The notes under the pieces were generated by a model. That model searched no databases. It was not told the origin of the DNA and was given only the letters and a program-made list of their open reading frames with translations. Made by a program: the position numbers and the translations under genes. A stretch of DNA of 64,000 nt, taken from positions 26,784,001 to 26,848,000 of the forward strand of contig OX597816.1 in NCBI GenBank assembly GCA_951406725.2, given 5' to 3'. Below, in pieces: positions 50,290-64,000 of this stretch. Each line of letters opens with the position of its first letter. Position 1 is the first letter of the stretch. This DNA comes from Octopus vulgaris. Lineage: Eukaryota.

Positions 50290-51340
50290 TATTCAAGAAC
50301 TTAGTTTCACTAAGGTGTCAGCAAGAGGATCCTAAGTCTATCTTCTAGTAAAGATATCTGCGACGATGACCCCCTCCCACTACAACGAGGTGCTGGCGTC
50401 CAGCCGGTTTAAGGACCACATCTACAAGCCAGATCCACAAAAGGAAAATCCGCAGAAACTTGGTTTGGTTTTCCCCACCCTTCTCACTCAAACTTAAGAC
50501 TTGTGTGGGAAGGATATTCCTCAGGTTAATAGACAAACACTTCACACAGATACATACGGTTATTCAACAGGCACAATCTAAGGGTCTCCTTTAGCTGTGC
50601 ATTTAACACGAAAAGTATATTAGCTAACGCCCATAAAACACGTGAAGAGGCAGGTTGCTCTTGCAAGGTGTACAATGACTGTCCAGTGGGAGGCCGATGT
50701 GAATCTGAGGGAGTCATCTATGAAGCTGTGGTGACACTCAGGCCTAGCGACCACAGCAATAGCAGTAACGGATCATCCAACAACATTGAGGACATCAGAG
50801 GCAACGACAACTATAGAAACACCAGCACTAATGCCAACGACATCAGTACCAGCACTACAGCTGGAGATGACCATGCCAACACCAGCAGCACGTGTGAAGC
50901 TACTGGCCCCATGCCCAACATTACTATCGACGGTACCCATATGATCAATGGCAATAGCGCCAACCCTACAGCCAGGGATGGACGACCACTACAATGATAA
51001 CAACAACCACAGGGACAGCAGCCACAGCTACATCGCTGGACCCGCACATCATAATGATAACAACACTGAAAGCAGCCCCAACAACACTGGTAGCAACAAC
51101 ACCCCCAGGCCTGCAGCCAACCGGAGATGCACCAGTAACGTGAACACAGCCAACACCCAAGCCTGGAAACACATTAGATCAGCCAGTATGGTTTTCAAGC
51201 AATACTTGTGTGACCACAGGTCCTCATTCGGGGTTCCTGAAAGATTATTCATCACATCCCTGGCCTCAAAGTCAAGGGAACCCATACAAAATCAAGTAGA
51301 TCTTAGAACAACTGGGCCCCTACATCAATGGGATACTATA
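50290..51340 (+). mobile_element. Penelope-like element fragment (RT C-terminus, Cys linker, GIY-YIG)
   Basis: RNLVWFSPPFS..LKT.VG..FL.LIDKHF...LFNRHNLRVSFSC, CSC....CPVGGRC....VIYEA.V and HI.SA...FKQ...DHRSSF. Confidence 0.75.
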
Positions 51341-51659
51341 GTATAGTTTGCAAGATATGTTGTTTTTTTCCTTCAATTTCTGCAATTTCAACCAATCACT
51401 GACGTCCATTGAGGTAAACAACATTCCGTGCCGTATGAATATGTCCCTCGTTTAAGAAACAGATTGGGTTTATTTACATTTGTGAAGAAAAAAAGATATC
51501 CCTCCCCCACCCTAACCCTAACCCTAAAACAGATTGAAATGCAATAGATCGATACTAAGGTCATAATTATGAGTGACAATTTCATATGACACCGCTAGAA
51601 AAAAACTGCCGTTCAAACCGAAAAGATCCCCCTTTGACTATTTGGCATACAAATCTCAC

Positions 51660-51880
51660 AACAAAACGTCCTGCCCACAGGCTCCATCTATCTCTTGTAT
51701 CTTTGATTGTGGCTACATCAGCTCACCATGACACAGTTAACACATCTCACGCTATAGTCTGTAACTTACCTCCCTTTAAATCGTTCTTTTGGCACGTTGT
51801 CATGGTTATGAAATAGCGTCAACTTAGGTTAAAACAAGGATTTCAACAACACTGGACGCTCAGCTGGTCTTGAGGTATTG
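51660..51880. promoter_or_regulatory. Putative promoter region between divergent ELAC1 and the unidentified + strand gene
   Basis: Unique, relatively CpG-containing stretch. Minus-strand donor GAG|gtaagt at 51769, X-box-like GTTGTCATGGTTAT at 51796-51809, and the 13-mer shared with the LIPT2 promoter region. Confidence 0.35.
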
Positions 51881-52587
51881 GAATTGCAATTTACTGACAC
51901 GTATTTTTAGATAACAAAAAGATATATTTATATATTTTTTAACAGAGAATATATTCTTAATAGCCAGTATATATTTTTTTATTGCTTACATTTGATTGTT
52001 TACTTTTCGATAATAATTGATTCTAATTTAAGCATAAGGCCAGCGGTTTTCGTGGGAGAGGGTCAGTTGATACAGTCGACCTCAGTACTTTACTGATACT
52101 TTTATTCTATTGATCTCAGAGGGTTGGAAAGCAACTCCAACGGGATTTGATCTCTGAACATAAAGCGTCGGAAGAAATATCGCAAAACATTTTACCGACG
52201 CTGTAACCTTTCTGCTAATCTTATTGTGCTAAGATGTTCAGGAATAATAATAATTTCTTACATTGGTACAAGGCCAGAAATATGGGGGGAAAGGGGACTC
52301 GATTACATCAGCCTCAGCACTTGTCTAATATTTCATTTTATTGAATTTAGAAGAACGAATAACCAAGTCGACTTTAACGGACTTGTCGGAACGTAACAAA
52401 TTACTTCGTGATATTTTGTCCGAACCTACTTTCGTCCACCTTCTCGCCTACCCATAAAACTTAAGCAAATTTCTCCGTCCACTCTTGATAGTGGTGAATA
52501 ATATGATTATGGTGCTTGTGATGGAAATAGTTTTGAGGGAGACAGGTAAGTTACATGTGATAATGGTGGGGGGTTAGATGATGATAA

Positions 52588-53108
52588 CTAGCGGAACCCG
52601 TGAATATTTCAATAAAAGGGTAAACTTATTGGCTTATTTCTGAAAACTTTATCTAAAAAACCTGAAAGCGTAGCTTGTTTGTATAAAAAAATAGTTGCTC
52701 ATCTGCTAATCATTGAAAAGTGAAGGAAATTCGTATACAATGATTACTTAATGCACTTTATATATACACTTTATATACTCTATGCATAAGCTTATAGACT
52801 TAATACACAACACTCTCCCTCTTTCTCTCTCACTCTGCGCCTTACTCTCTTTTTCTCTCTCCTTTTTCTTTCGCTCTTCGTCTTTCCCTTCTACTAATCG
52901 TGTGAAAGCATTACAAACGGACTAAGTAACGGAGGTAAAAAAAACCCATTTTTTTTTAAATTTACAGATTTCACTCACCATCCCCACTCCATCCTCCTCC
53001 CCTCCCACCTCCTCACCCACCCTCCCATTCCTCCGCCGTCAATTAATCACGTCGAAGCCTTACAGACGGGCTAAGTAACGGAGTGACAAGTAGAATAATT
53101 ATAAGATT
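52588..53108 (-). mobile_element. Non-autonomous Helitron-like element
   Basis: Minus strand starts ATCTTATA and ends cacgggttccgCTAG|T; internal CT-rich microsatellite and a repeated taagtaacggag block. Confidence 0.55.
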
Positions 53109-55099
53109 GTAGTAGTGATTATAATGGCATCCAGAAATGAGTCAACAGGAAATTATTCCCAAAGGATTGAGCAGAGGTAGTAAATAACTTCATTGCCTCT
53201 ATTATAACTGCCTGATCAATGTGATTTACTCACAGACCTTGACTTCACCAATGATCTGAGACATTTCAGCACCATATCGACAACTCCCATTCTCAACAAA
53301 AGCATGAATATGATGATTATTGAGGAAGCACAGCAGCAACAATTCTGGTCGGTGGGACAGTCTCTGGAAATCATTGACTCCTTCACATATCTGCATAATA
53401 ACATCACAAATTTCTGGCTGACCAGATTGGAGTGTTCTTTTACCTTTGAAAATGATGCATTCTATTGATCAAGTGATGTTTATGCTGCCAATACCTTCTG
53501 TAAGGTGGTCTCAGTATGCCATGACTGTTAATGCACAGACATACTGAGACGGCACCACTATAGAGCTTCCTGGGTAAGCAAGTGTGGTTTCCATTTGTAA
53601 GGCATGTCTTTCCATAGATTGTCTCTTGATAGAACTTACTGTCCTGGGTCAAAGAGAGACCAAGACTGGGTGCTTGACGTTTTGAATACAGTCAGGTACT
53701 CACTATGCCGGAAGGACTTTCAGGAGCAGGGCTACTATGGGTAATTTCTAGAAATCCTTAACCAAGCAAAGCTACTGAGGGGTCCTGCAGGTCCCTTACA
53801 TCTGATGTCAGGTGTCTGTAAATAAATCATGTAAAAGCTGACTGATAGAAACAAGAGGTGGTTCGTGAGTGCCAAATAAGAGTAAGGGTGGTCAGATGTT
53901 GGCAAAGAATGAGGAACAACCAACAAGGTGGGTGGAACATTTAAGAAATACTGAACTAAAGAAACTGTTGATCTCTTCAACTTCACCCATGAGACCTTTG
54001 GTAGGTCATCTGCAGGTGACAGATGAACAAATCATCATCATGATCGTTTAACATCCGCTTTCCATGCTAGCATGGGTTGGACGATTTGACTGAGGTCTGG
54101 CGAACCAGATGGCTGCACCAGGCTTCAATCTTGATCTGGCAGAGTTTCTACAGCTGGATGCCCTTCCTAATGCCAACCACTCCGAGAGTGTAGTGGGTGC
54201 TTTTTACATGCCACCTGCACGGGGACCAGTCAGGTGGTACTGGCAACGACCTCGCTCAAATGTTTTTACACATGCCAGTAAGGCGATGCTGGTAACGATC
54301 ACACTTGAATGGTGCCTAAAGCTGTATATCACCCTAAGAAAAACAAGGCAGCTGGGCTAGATAAGGTAACTGCTTAAGCATGGAGGACATATCACTGAAG
54401 AAGGGTTGTGATATCTTTGTTCAAGCTAAATAAGAAATATGGTATGAAGAAGTTGTTGAAGCCTGGGATGATGGAGTGATACTAATTTTACCTATGAAAA
54501 AAGATCATAGTAACTGCAACTACTAGCATGGAATAACCTATTTCTTTATTACCCACAAGGGGCTAAACACAGAGGTGACAAACAAGGACAGACATAGGTA
54601 TTAAGTCGATTACATCGATCCCAGTGCATAACTGGTACTTAATTTATCAACCCCGAAAGGATGAAAGGCAAAGTCAACCTCGGCGGAATTTGAACTCACA
54701 ACGTAACGCAGACGAAATACCGCTAAGCATTTCGCCCAGCGTGCTAATGTTTCTGTCAGCTTGCCTAGCATGGAATAACCCTACTCTCTATCCCTGGTGA
54801 AATGCTCCTTACCTGAAGAATGTGGTTGAAGAACATTTACAAGATGAACATGTAGGATTGAGGAAGGAAAGTGATACAGCAAGCAAAATGATTTTAGCTC
54901 AAAAGAGAGCATAGGATTGGTTAAAATTCGAAAAATTAAACTACATTAAACAAACAAATTACAATTTTCTCAAGAAAGCCAAGAGAAAAAAATGTTTTAT
55001 TTTGACACATTCTACCAGTTTACGAAGTTTTAAAGTGTTTAGTTAACTAGAAATTGTCTGCTGTTCAAAAAGAAAAGATCCAAAATATTTGTTTCAAAG

Positions 55100-56420
55100 C
55101 TCATGCCACAAACAGCAGCAATAAACTCAAGCAGAGTCGCAGTAGTTCAGTATGGCACTGGAATTCTGAAGTGGACAACAGAAGAGCTAAAGGAGTTGGA
55201 CAGAAAGACAAGAAAGCCCCTAGCAATGCATGGAGCCCATCATCCACATGCAGACACTGATCACTTATACATGAAGAGAGCAAATGGATTAAGTGTGGAA
55301 GACTACATACATATCAAAATTAGTCTGGTACCTATTCAAAAATAATGAAACCTTGCTAATATCAGTTAGGAATGAAGGAGTATTGAAAACAGAAAAAGAG
55401 TACAACAAAGCAAGAAGTACAAAAAAGGACATGAAGAAGCATTACACAACAGGGGATTATACAATTCCATGTAAAGTGAAGTTGCTGGTAAACATAGGTG
55501 GGATTGGCTGAAGAAAGGAATACTGAAAAAAGAGTCTGAGAGCACTGTACTAGCAGTGCAAGACCAAGCTTTGGCTACAAATTGGAGGTCCAACCTTAGG
55601 AATGAGCAAGTGTCTACAGAATAATACATCCTGTAACTAACCCTAATCCTAAATTTTTGTTTCTTAATTGTTAAATTAATTTAATTGTTACGCGTGTAAA
55701 AAAAAACTAAAGCAATGGAATTAAATTAATTTAACAATTAAGAAAAAAAAAATTAGGGTTAGGGGGGAGGTTTAGGGTTAGTTACAGGATGTTGTCTCAG
55801 TTTTAGATGCAGCAAATGATTTTAGTTGAATGGAGGTAATCGATTGGTTAAAATTGCCGAAATGCTCAGATTTTCAGATGAAATATCTTACAAACTATAG
55901 AATTTTCTCAATAAAACCAAGAGAAAATGATGTTTTATAAATGCATTCTACCAGTATACGAAGTTTAAAAGTGTTTAGTTAATTAGAAATTGTGTTGACA
56001 TCTGCCGTTCAAAAGGAAAAGATCCAATATTTTTCTCACTCACTACAGGTACTTTTTCTTTGTTTTTTCTTCCATATCATTACGTTTGGTTCCATCTGCC
56101 TCAAGTATTCCCAGATATTTATATTTGGATTCAGGTTCAGTTGCCTTCATCATTTCATCACTTGGCATATAGTATTATTCTGTAGATACATAGTATTATT
56201 CTAGAGAATGTTTGAGAAAACATAAGAAAATTATAAGTTTGTTTTAAAATTTGAGATTACATAGACAGTACTTTACATAGGATATCGGTAGTTCCAATGA
56301 ACACTCTCTTTTGAATTTCTGCCATTTTGGGGCTTCCTGGTATCTGAGTTAGGTAGGAATAAGCTCTTTTTTGCACCTACGACAACAGGTATTATTTTAG
56401 TCTTGAGGGTCCACATTTTC
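55100..56420. mobile_element. R4/Dong-type LINE fragments (plus-strand RT part; minus-strand C-terminal part)
   Basis: AIN....V.QY..GILKWT.EELKELDRKTRK.L.MHGAHHP.AD.D.LY..R..G and W.WLKKG.LKKE.ES...AVQDQAL. Inverted C-terminal MW.LKT.IIPVVVGA at about 56370-56415. Confidence 0.75.
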
Positions 56421-56899
56421 CTTGTATTTAAAGTACTTTTCATTTAATTTTTCCAAAATTTAATTGTTTTCCAAATTTACTATTGAAAAAGTCTCAATGA
56501 CTGAAACCAGTACTGAAATGTTTTTTATAAAATTATTTTAGTATTTTCTACCTTTACTTTTTTTCCATATATATATATAATTTGCATTAGTTTTTGTAAT
56601 AAAAAAAAAAACAGAAGGGAGTGAGGCTTGTTTGTAGTTTGTAGAGAAAATGTGCCTGAAAAAAAAAACAAAGTTTTTCCCCACCAACTAAAAGACACGA
56701 AGAACTATGAAAGGAGGTGAATAAATACCGAGGATGGGGGAAAGAAGAGAGAACTAACACTCGATCGTTCTAGAACTCCCAGAATAAAAATGTGAACACC
56801 GGAAAGGTTTTTCCTCTATTCATTACTAAATGTCTTTTCCCCTTCTTCATTGTTAAAAGTAAAGAAGCTAGAAAAGATCGATCATATTTCAGTCTTGTA

Positions 56900-57830
56900 G
56901 CTGATATCTTCACTGTTTGAGAGATATATTAGAAATGATCCCGTGTTAGATAACAACCAGCTTCGGCTATTTTGACCCTGTTGTGTCCACTGCTCTGATT
57001 GGTTGACATTGGCGCAATTTGTCTCTTGACTTATTTCACGTCAGTGTGTAATCCAACCAATCACAGCCTTCGGATAAGGTCCCATGACACTGTTTTTCTT
57101 ATGCCTTGTTTGAGCCTACCTCAGGCTTTATAACGCCCCAGCATTCACGATACCAGGTCTTTGGTTCCAGTCCTTTCAGGACTAACCTCTGACCACAGAA
57201 CTACTCAACCATGTTCCAGCAACACCGTCTTTGGCTTTAGTCCTTTTCAGGACTAGCCTCTGACCGTAGAGCGACTCAAACATTTCCAGTTCCAGCGACA
57301 GACGACGCTAATATACACCAGCAATGTAGGACGTCTCCACCACCATCACCATCACCACCGTTGACTTTAAATACGTACACAGCACTCGCTCAGGTTTAAA
57401 CTCCACGCTGTTGTGAATATTTACCAAGGTAAACAGCACAGTCAGCCTGAGAGATTCCTGTATCAAGAAACCTGGCACAGCATTGAAGCCACAACCACTA
57501 CACGACATGTGTTCAACCGGCATTCTGCCTCGTGACCCCAACATCCTGTTACAGCACTATTATTATTGTGTACCTTATTACGAACTGGTAAATTAACTCC
57601 ATCTTGTCTAAAATACCATGACAAACTCTTTTCTTCTCTGCTCTGTATTGTATTCTGCACACACCTTGTTTGTACTTCTGTCAAACACACAGACACAAAC
57701 ACTTGTTGCATGCACACAGACACTCCACTCTGCTAGCACCCATACTTTATCCTACTGTACACATCTGTAAATAAAGTCTTCTCTCTCAAACAGCAGAACG
57801 GTTGTCATCCTCATTATTCCCTTTGGCACT
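56900..57830 (+). mobile_element. Solo-LTR-like element
   Basis: CCAAT-like and TATA-like boxes (ccaatc about 57057, tttataa about 57127), internal ~70-bp tandem duplication and AATAAA near 57770. A second copy sits at the window start. Ends and TSD not resolved. Confidence 0.55.
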
Positions 57831-58546
57831 TATTTTTTATACCATGTATTCTGCTTCTTCTATTTTGTTAGGGTGACCATGCGGCATTAAAAAGGAGACA
57901 TTTGTCATCAACTCCTTATGTATGGTCATATTCCCTACAGTCTAATTGTCATTGTAAATGACTGGTGCTTTCCTTTCTCTGTCTTTAGTGCTTCACTCCT
58001 TTACTCTATGGTTAATTTTGCTTGCTTCAGTCTGTCCAACAGGAAATGAATTCTACACCTACATCATAAATGAACAATTAAAGGTTAAACTGATTGCAAT
58101 AACATAAGTACCAAGAGTTTATTGCCTATTACCTTTCCTTGGCAACATGCAATAAACTCTTGTTAGCAATAATAATCTTAGCTTGGCAACTAGGAGACTT
58201 TCTTTTGAATTAAGCCTTATGGGTGTGTCTCTAGAATTCTTTTGTTATTGTTACATGGCTTTATTCAGTGAACTTCTCTCTTAGAAAACTTGGCAGAGTT
58301 ATGAGAGCACTAGACAAAATATCCTGCAGTATTTAGTTATTTCTTTTCCACTCTTAGTTCAAATTCGGCCAGTCAACTTTGATAAAGTAAGTACTAGCTA
58401 AGTACTACAATTAATTTAATGACTATGCTCTTTGTTAAAATATGAGACTTTGTACTTATTCTAGAAATTGTTGTTATCATTACATGATGCATTTGCAATG
58501 TATCGATGTTATGTTTGTATAGTTGCAGGAAATTTTGAAGTATAAA

Positions 58547-58783
58547 ATGAATTACAAAATAAAAAAAAAGAAAGCAATAAGTCCCAAAAAATCGAGTGCA
58601 ATAACTGATGGCAAGAAGAAACCTGAAAAGATCAAATCCCAACAAAAGTTGATAAACAATGTTATTATGAAAAAATTTCTGAAAGTATATACCAAATATT
58701 GTGCAGATACTAAGTCTGCAGTATGCCCATGGATAAAAATGGCAACACACAGTTGCATCAAAGAAAACTCTCTCCTGAAAAAG
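58547..58783 (+). CDS. Probable first coding exon of an unidentified gene (Lys-rich N-terminus)
   Basis: 79 open codons (MNYKIKKKKAISPKK...KKFLKVYTKYCADTKSAVCPWIKMATHSCIKENSLLKK) in non-repetitive sequence. Upstream acceptors at 58522/58528; weak donor AAG|gttaaa at 58784, phase 0. Confidence 0.6.
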
Positions 58784-61700
58784 GTTAAATTTTATGGATC
58801 TTTCACTACTTTTGACATTGTGTGAATGTGTATAGCAAGAATTGGATCGTGTCTCATACATATGTAAGGAAATCTCTCACTGTCTCATCTTTCCTCGTAT
58901 ATGTTTTTATCCGTACGTGCATACACAAAAATCAGAATTTTCTTCAAACATATTTCAATAATGCTTGGAACATGGTTTTAGTATTTTGGTGAGAATTTAA
59001 TAGTCAGCTCACACTAGCAAGTGATATGCGATTCAATGACAAGATTTTGTGCACAACCATGTTATTTAGATGTTAGTACAATTTCATTAAGTAGTCATTA
59101 TTAACATTAGTTATACGGCTTATACTGATGCGTGTTATTAAGCAATGAATTGGTTATATAACTATATTCTCTGTACCTTAACCAAGTTTTAGAGTTTGAG
59201 TTGTTTGTTATGGCTTAGAGGAGGATGAGCATGACTTTTTCTTGGCTTTCAAGACTTGTGAGGATATTGATAAAAGAAGAAACCATAAGTTTATATCTTG
59301 ATACACTACTACAGTATCAGTGTCATCCTCTCGAGGTCTGGTCAGAGAACTCTGCTAAAAGAACCTGAGTCAGCTGATGGTGTCAATCTGAGATAAATTA
59401 TGTCTACCATCGAAACTTGTCATCAGTTAATTAAATAATTAAAAACCTCTTTCTTTTTAGCTTATCAAAGCTAAAATCTTAATGAAATACTGTAGTAGAA
59501 ATGGGTTTTGGGAACTTGGTAACATAAGGTTTATGCTTGAGGACCATAAAGCATGGATTTACACTGAAGGATCCTAAATGGATCTATCGGAGATGGATCT
59601 TTTGGCAACCTTTTGATCTCTTAATTTAGCCTTAAATATGTGCATTCATCCACCAAAAATACTGCAGTATACAAACCCAAAGCTTTAAAATCATCCATGG
59701 TCCTCAGTGAATCTTAATATTCCTAGTATCTCTTACTTTTGATGAAAATCCAAACAAAACATTTGTAAGGAACCCTACATGTATATTCATGATTTCATGC
59801 CCTTTAATCAAAAGAATCTACAAATACATGTGTTCAGTGACGAGCCATCAAAATTTTGATGAAATCTCTGAGCTGTAGAAATTTTAAACATTAGCTCTGT
59901 ATGAAAAATTCTAATTTTGGCAATAATTTATCACCACCACTTCAAACATTGATGGAGATATTAGCTACGAAATTAATTATAAAAAGAACTTTCAACATTG
60001 AGTATACTTACTTCTTTTAACATATATGCTAAAGAGTTGAGTGTTTATGACAGCTTTGTAGCAATGAATATGTCAGAAATTAACCTATTACGAAACCAGC
60101 CAATATTAAAATAAGTTTTATGTTATAAAAAAAAAACCAACTATATTTTTAATTTCTAAACAGCTAATCAGTGATATAAATACACTATTGAAAAACGCTT
60201 TGCTTACAAATAGCAATAATAATGTTATCAAATACTCAACCACCTCTGTTTTTATGTGTCGTATTGCACCAGCTCCACTCAAATTCTTTCAAATAACTAT
60301 AAAATACTTTGGATCTTTTTGGTTTAAACGGCAGTTTTTTCTAGTGGTGTCATATGAAATTGTCATCCATAATTATGACCCTAGAATCAATCTATTGCAT
60401 TTCAATTTCTTTTACGGTTAGGGTTAGGGGTGGAGGAAGGGTATCTTTTTTCTTCAGAAATGTAAATAAACCCAATCTGTTTCTTAAACGAGGGTCATAT
60501 TCATACGGCACAGAATGCTTTTTAATTCAATAGATGTCACTGATTGGTTGAAATTGCAGAAATTGAAGACAAAAAACAACAAATATCTTACAAACTATAG
60601 AATTTTCTCAATAAAGCCAAGAGAAAAAGATGTTTTATAAACACATTCTACCAGTATACGAAGTTTAACATTTTTTAATTTCCTGGAAATTATGTTAAAA
60701 ACTGCCGTTCAAACCGAAAAGATCCAATACTTCTGTTATACCATTAGATCGACTTCAATTTTTCATTTGCATGAAATCAAAAAGATTCAATACATTGTAT
60801 GGATGCATGAGAATTTGCTGCTTTGACAAAATTCTGACTGGTTTGTAAAATAATACTCCAATACATGTGATAATAATTATATATGTTCATCTCTATTTCT
60901 ATGTATTTAAAGAAAAGTATTCAATAATAATAATTTAAAGAACAAAAATATACAATAATGAAAGCATTTCATAATTAAATTGTTACACTAATTTCATTGA
61001 AACTTTAACTAAATTCAACTTAAGTAACGAGGAATTATTATGAAGCATTATTATGAAGTTGTACTTTTTTATTCTTTAAATTAAAATTTTTTTTAAAAGA
61101 ATATAAACATCTTTACATTCCCTAATGTTAATGATATTGGTTTCTAATTTTGGCACAAGGCCAGCATTTTGGGGGTAGTGGTTAAGTCAATTACATTGAT
61201 CCCTGTGACATTTATTTTATCAACTTCAAAAGGATGAAAGGCAAAGTTGACGTCAGCAGAATTTAAACTCATCAGAAGAAATGTCAGCATGCTAATGATT
61301 CTGTCAGTTTGTTACCCTAATGTTACTTAATAATATTGAAATGGCTTCTTGGACTCTTCAGAATCTGGCAAATCAATCAAGTTCAGAAGAATAAACTTCT
61401 TTATTTGCTGTGAGAACTGGAGAATATAATATTGTGTTACTCTTATTCTTTGTGCAAAAATGAGAAAGTGAAGGGAAAACTTGAGCTGTCATTTCAACAA
61501 CAATTCACTATGAAATATACACTCCATTACAACATATCACACATTAATTTAATTTATAACATAACTCCTTTTTAGTAATTTTATTGATTAGAAAATAAAC
61601 AGTTTTAGACTGTTGAGACTAGGTTAACAGTCTGATATCAGATTCTATCAGTATTGAAGAACCATCTCTAAGAACTCAGATGGATAATCAATGCAAAATA

Positions 61701-63425
61701 GTATTTAAAAAATAGATGTGGAAGCAGTGCTATACTGAAACAGGAAAATTATCACAAAAAAATAAGTATTATCTGCTTGGCTAAAATCACTTTACAAGTG
61801 CACCAAATTGTCAAAAGCAACATATAAATAGAATTTTAAATTAATTTATAGAATTGAGTGAAAGGTAATAAACTGGTAGAATTGTTAGCAAACCAGGTAA
61901 AATGTTTAGCTGCATTTTATCTGTCTTCACATCTTAAGTTCAAATTCCATCAAGGATGACTTTGCCTTTCACTCATTTGGGGCCATCATCATCATCATCA
62001 TCATCATCATTTAACGTCCGCTTTCCATGCTGGCATGGGTTGGACGGTTCAATCTTGATCTGGCAATGTTTCTACGGCTGGATGCCCTTCCTAACACCAA
62101 CCACTCCGTGAGTGTAGTGGGTGCTTTTTATGTGCCACCGGCACAGGTGCCAGATGGAGCTGGCAAACTGCCATGATCGGATGGTGCTTTTTACATGCCA
62201 CCGGACGGGGTCAATAAAATAATAATAATAATAATAATAATAATAACTTCTCTAGTGCTAGTGACACAATAAAGTGCACCCAGTCACTGAGAAGATGGAC
62301 ACAGAGCTGCATAAGCCTTGCCAAAGAAAAGGAATGAATGGGAATGTGGTCTCCTTAAACAAGAGTATAGTCAATGTGTATAACATGATAGCAACTTTGA
62401 ATAAGAGCTGATACAAGGAAGTGGGGTCTCTTCAGTTCTGTCACAAACAGACCCTTTAGTGCTGGTGGTGTGATAGAATACAGTCAATTATGGTTGGTAA
62501 AAAAAAAAAAAAGAATGTTATCAAAAAATACAGAAAATGTACATAAACGACAGATCAGCAATTTTCTCTATTGTATATGTCAGATGACAAAGGACAGTGT
62601 CTTGACGGAAGATACTGTGAGAACCATCCACTTGGTTAAAAAAAAAATGTTGGCATAAAATGATGACGATATTCTTTCTTTTTCTTTTACTTGTTTCAGT
62701 CATTTGACTGCGGCCATGCTGGAGTGCCGCCTTTAGTCGAGCAACTCGACCCCAGGACTTATCCTTTTGTAAGCCCAGTACTTATTCTATCGGTCTCTTT
62801 TGCCGAACCGCTAAGTAATGGGGACATAAACACACCAGCATCGGCTGTCAAGCAATGCTAGGGGACAAACACAGACACACAAACACACACACACGCATAT
62901 ATATATACATATATATGCATATGAAAAACATTTTTTAATTAAAAATATAAAATCAAATCATTTTATTAAAAAAATCAAATAAGCTGTACAAACACAAGTT
63001 TGTAAAACTGAAGACAGCAGGTGTGCTTATGTACAGAATTCTCCTTTATCAAGTTTGTATTTACCTGGGGTTTTTAATGATTTTTTTTTGTTTTGATTTA
63101 CTAACATTTAAACTGAAATTTTTTTTTATCAAATACTGTGAGTTATCAAGGAGATTTTCTTAAATTTTTAATTTTTAAACATACACACACACACACACAA
63201 ATACTTTGATGTACAAATGGGAGACAGCAGAGTTTGTTTATTATTGCTCAAAGCTGATGATTTAATTTGTTGGTATTCAGAGAGTATAGCAATGTGCCAC
63301 TTTTCACCCCAAATACCCATAGTGGTGTTCAGGTGAGAGTGCTTTGAATGAATAATATGCGTTTGTAGATAATGTGCATTAAAAGATTACTAACGACTTC
63401 TTTGGCAATGTTTTGGAAATTTTAG

Positions 63426-63566
63426 ATAATCATCGAGCAATCCCTGACCCAACCTCGTGTACTCTTTGAACCCCTCATTGCTGCATTAAGAAGTGTCCAC
63501 TACCATTATTTAAACCATCTCTATATTTGGAACTATCCTATGTCATATGAAAATACATGTACCTTG
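63426..63566 (+). CDS. Probable second coding exon of the same unidentified gene
   Basis: Bounded by ttttag| and TTG|gtaagt. 141 nt open in phase 0/0: IIIEQSLTQPRVLFEPLIAALRSVHYHYLNHLYIWNYPMSYENTCTL. Confidence 0.65.
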
Positions 63567-64000
63567 GTAAGTGTATTCTGTTTCTATTTTGTATGGTAAT
63601 CTCATGTGGTGTTGTGTCTGTGTGGCCCATTGCTTTGCAGTATGTGTTCTAGCTCTTTATGTTCTGAATCAAATTCAGCAAAGGTCAACTTTACCTGCCA
63701 TCCTTTTAGGGTTAATAAAATAAAGTACCTGTCAAATACTAGAGATGATGTAATTAACTAGCCTTCTCACCTCACAAGTGCTGACATTGTGCTTAAGTTA
63801 GAAATGTCATCATTATTGTTGTTGTGATGGTGGTAGGCTGAAAACCATACAGTCACCTTCAGCTCTGTGGATTTTAACAAAATATCAACCCCCTTTTACA
63901 GGAAAGAGTTAGAATATAAGTACTGGATAAGACCAACTGGGTCTGGTTGAGTCTAATTTCATTGTTAGATTCCTGTCTGAAAGAGTCTAATTGTATTTTG

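Noticed and set aside
58394-58861. 155-aa minus-strand ORF
   Set aside because: It is the antisense shadow of the plus-strand exon: F/Y/C-rich, with no motif or splice support.

Overview
AT-rich, repeat-dense eukaryotic genomic DNA, most consistent with an octopus genome (inferred from the tRNA-derived SINE families). I read three spliced genes. (1) LIPT2, lipoyl(octanoyl) transferase, + strand, 2 coding exons (16186-16645, 23485-23897), about 290 aa. (2) ELAC1, short-form RNase Z, - strand, 9 coding exons from 49558 down to 29270, about 367 aa; all exon phases are consistent and it converges on LIPT2. (3) The first two coding exons of an unidentified + strand gene divergent from ELAC1 (58547-58783, 63426-63566), which runs off the window. 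The rest is layered decayed mobile DNA: at least four SINE families, R4/Dong, RTE, CR1 and Tx1 LINE fragments, Penelope-like pieces, Gypsy remnants and LTRs, mariner/Tc1 remnants, Helitrons and MITEs. The most unusual signals are hammerhead-ribozyme-like motifs (one in sense inside an ELAC1 intron), a template-switch/fold-back repair scar just upstream of the ELAC1 start exon, a TG...CA composite element nested in a mariner, TTAGGG-bearing MITEs with atypical flanking duplications, and a 13-mer shared by two putative promoters. Coordinates were read by eye; repeat boundaries are approximate.
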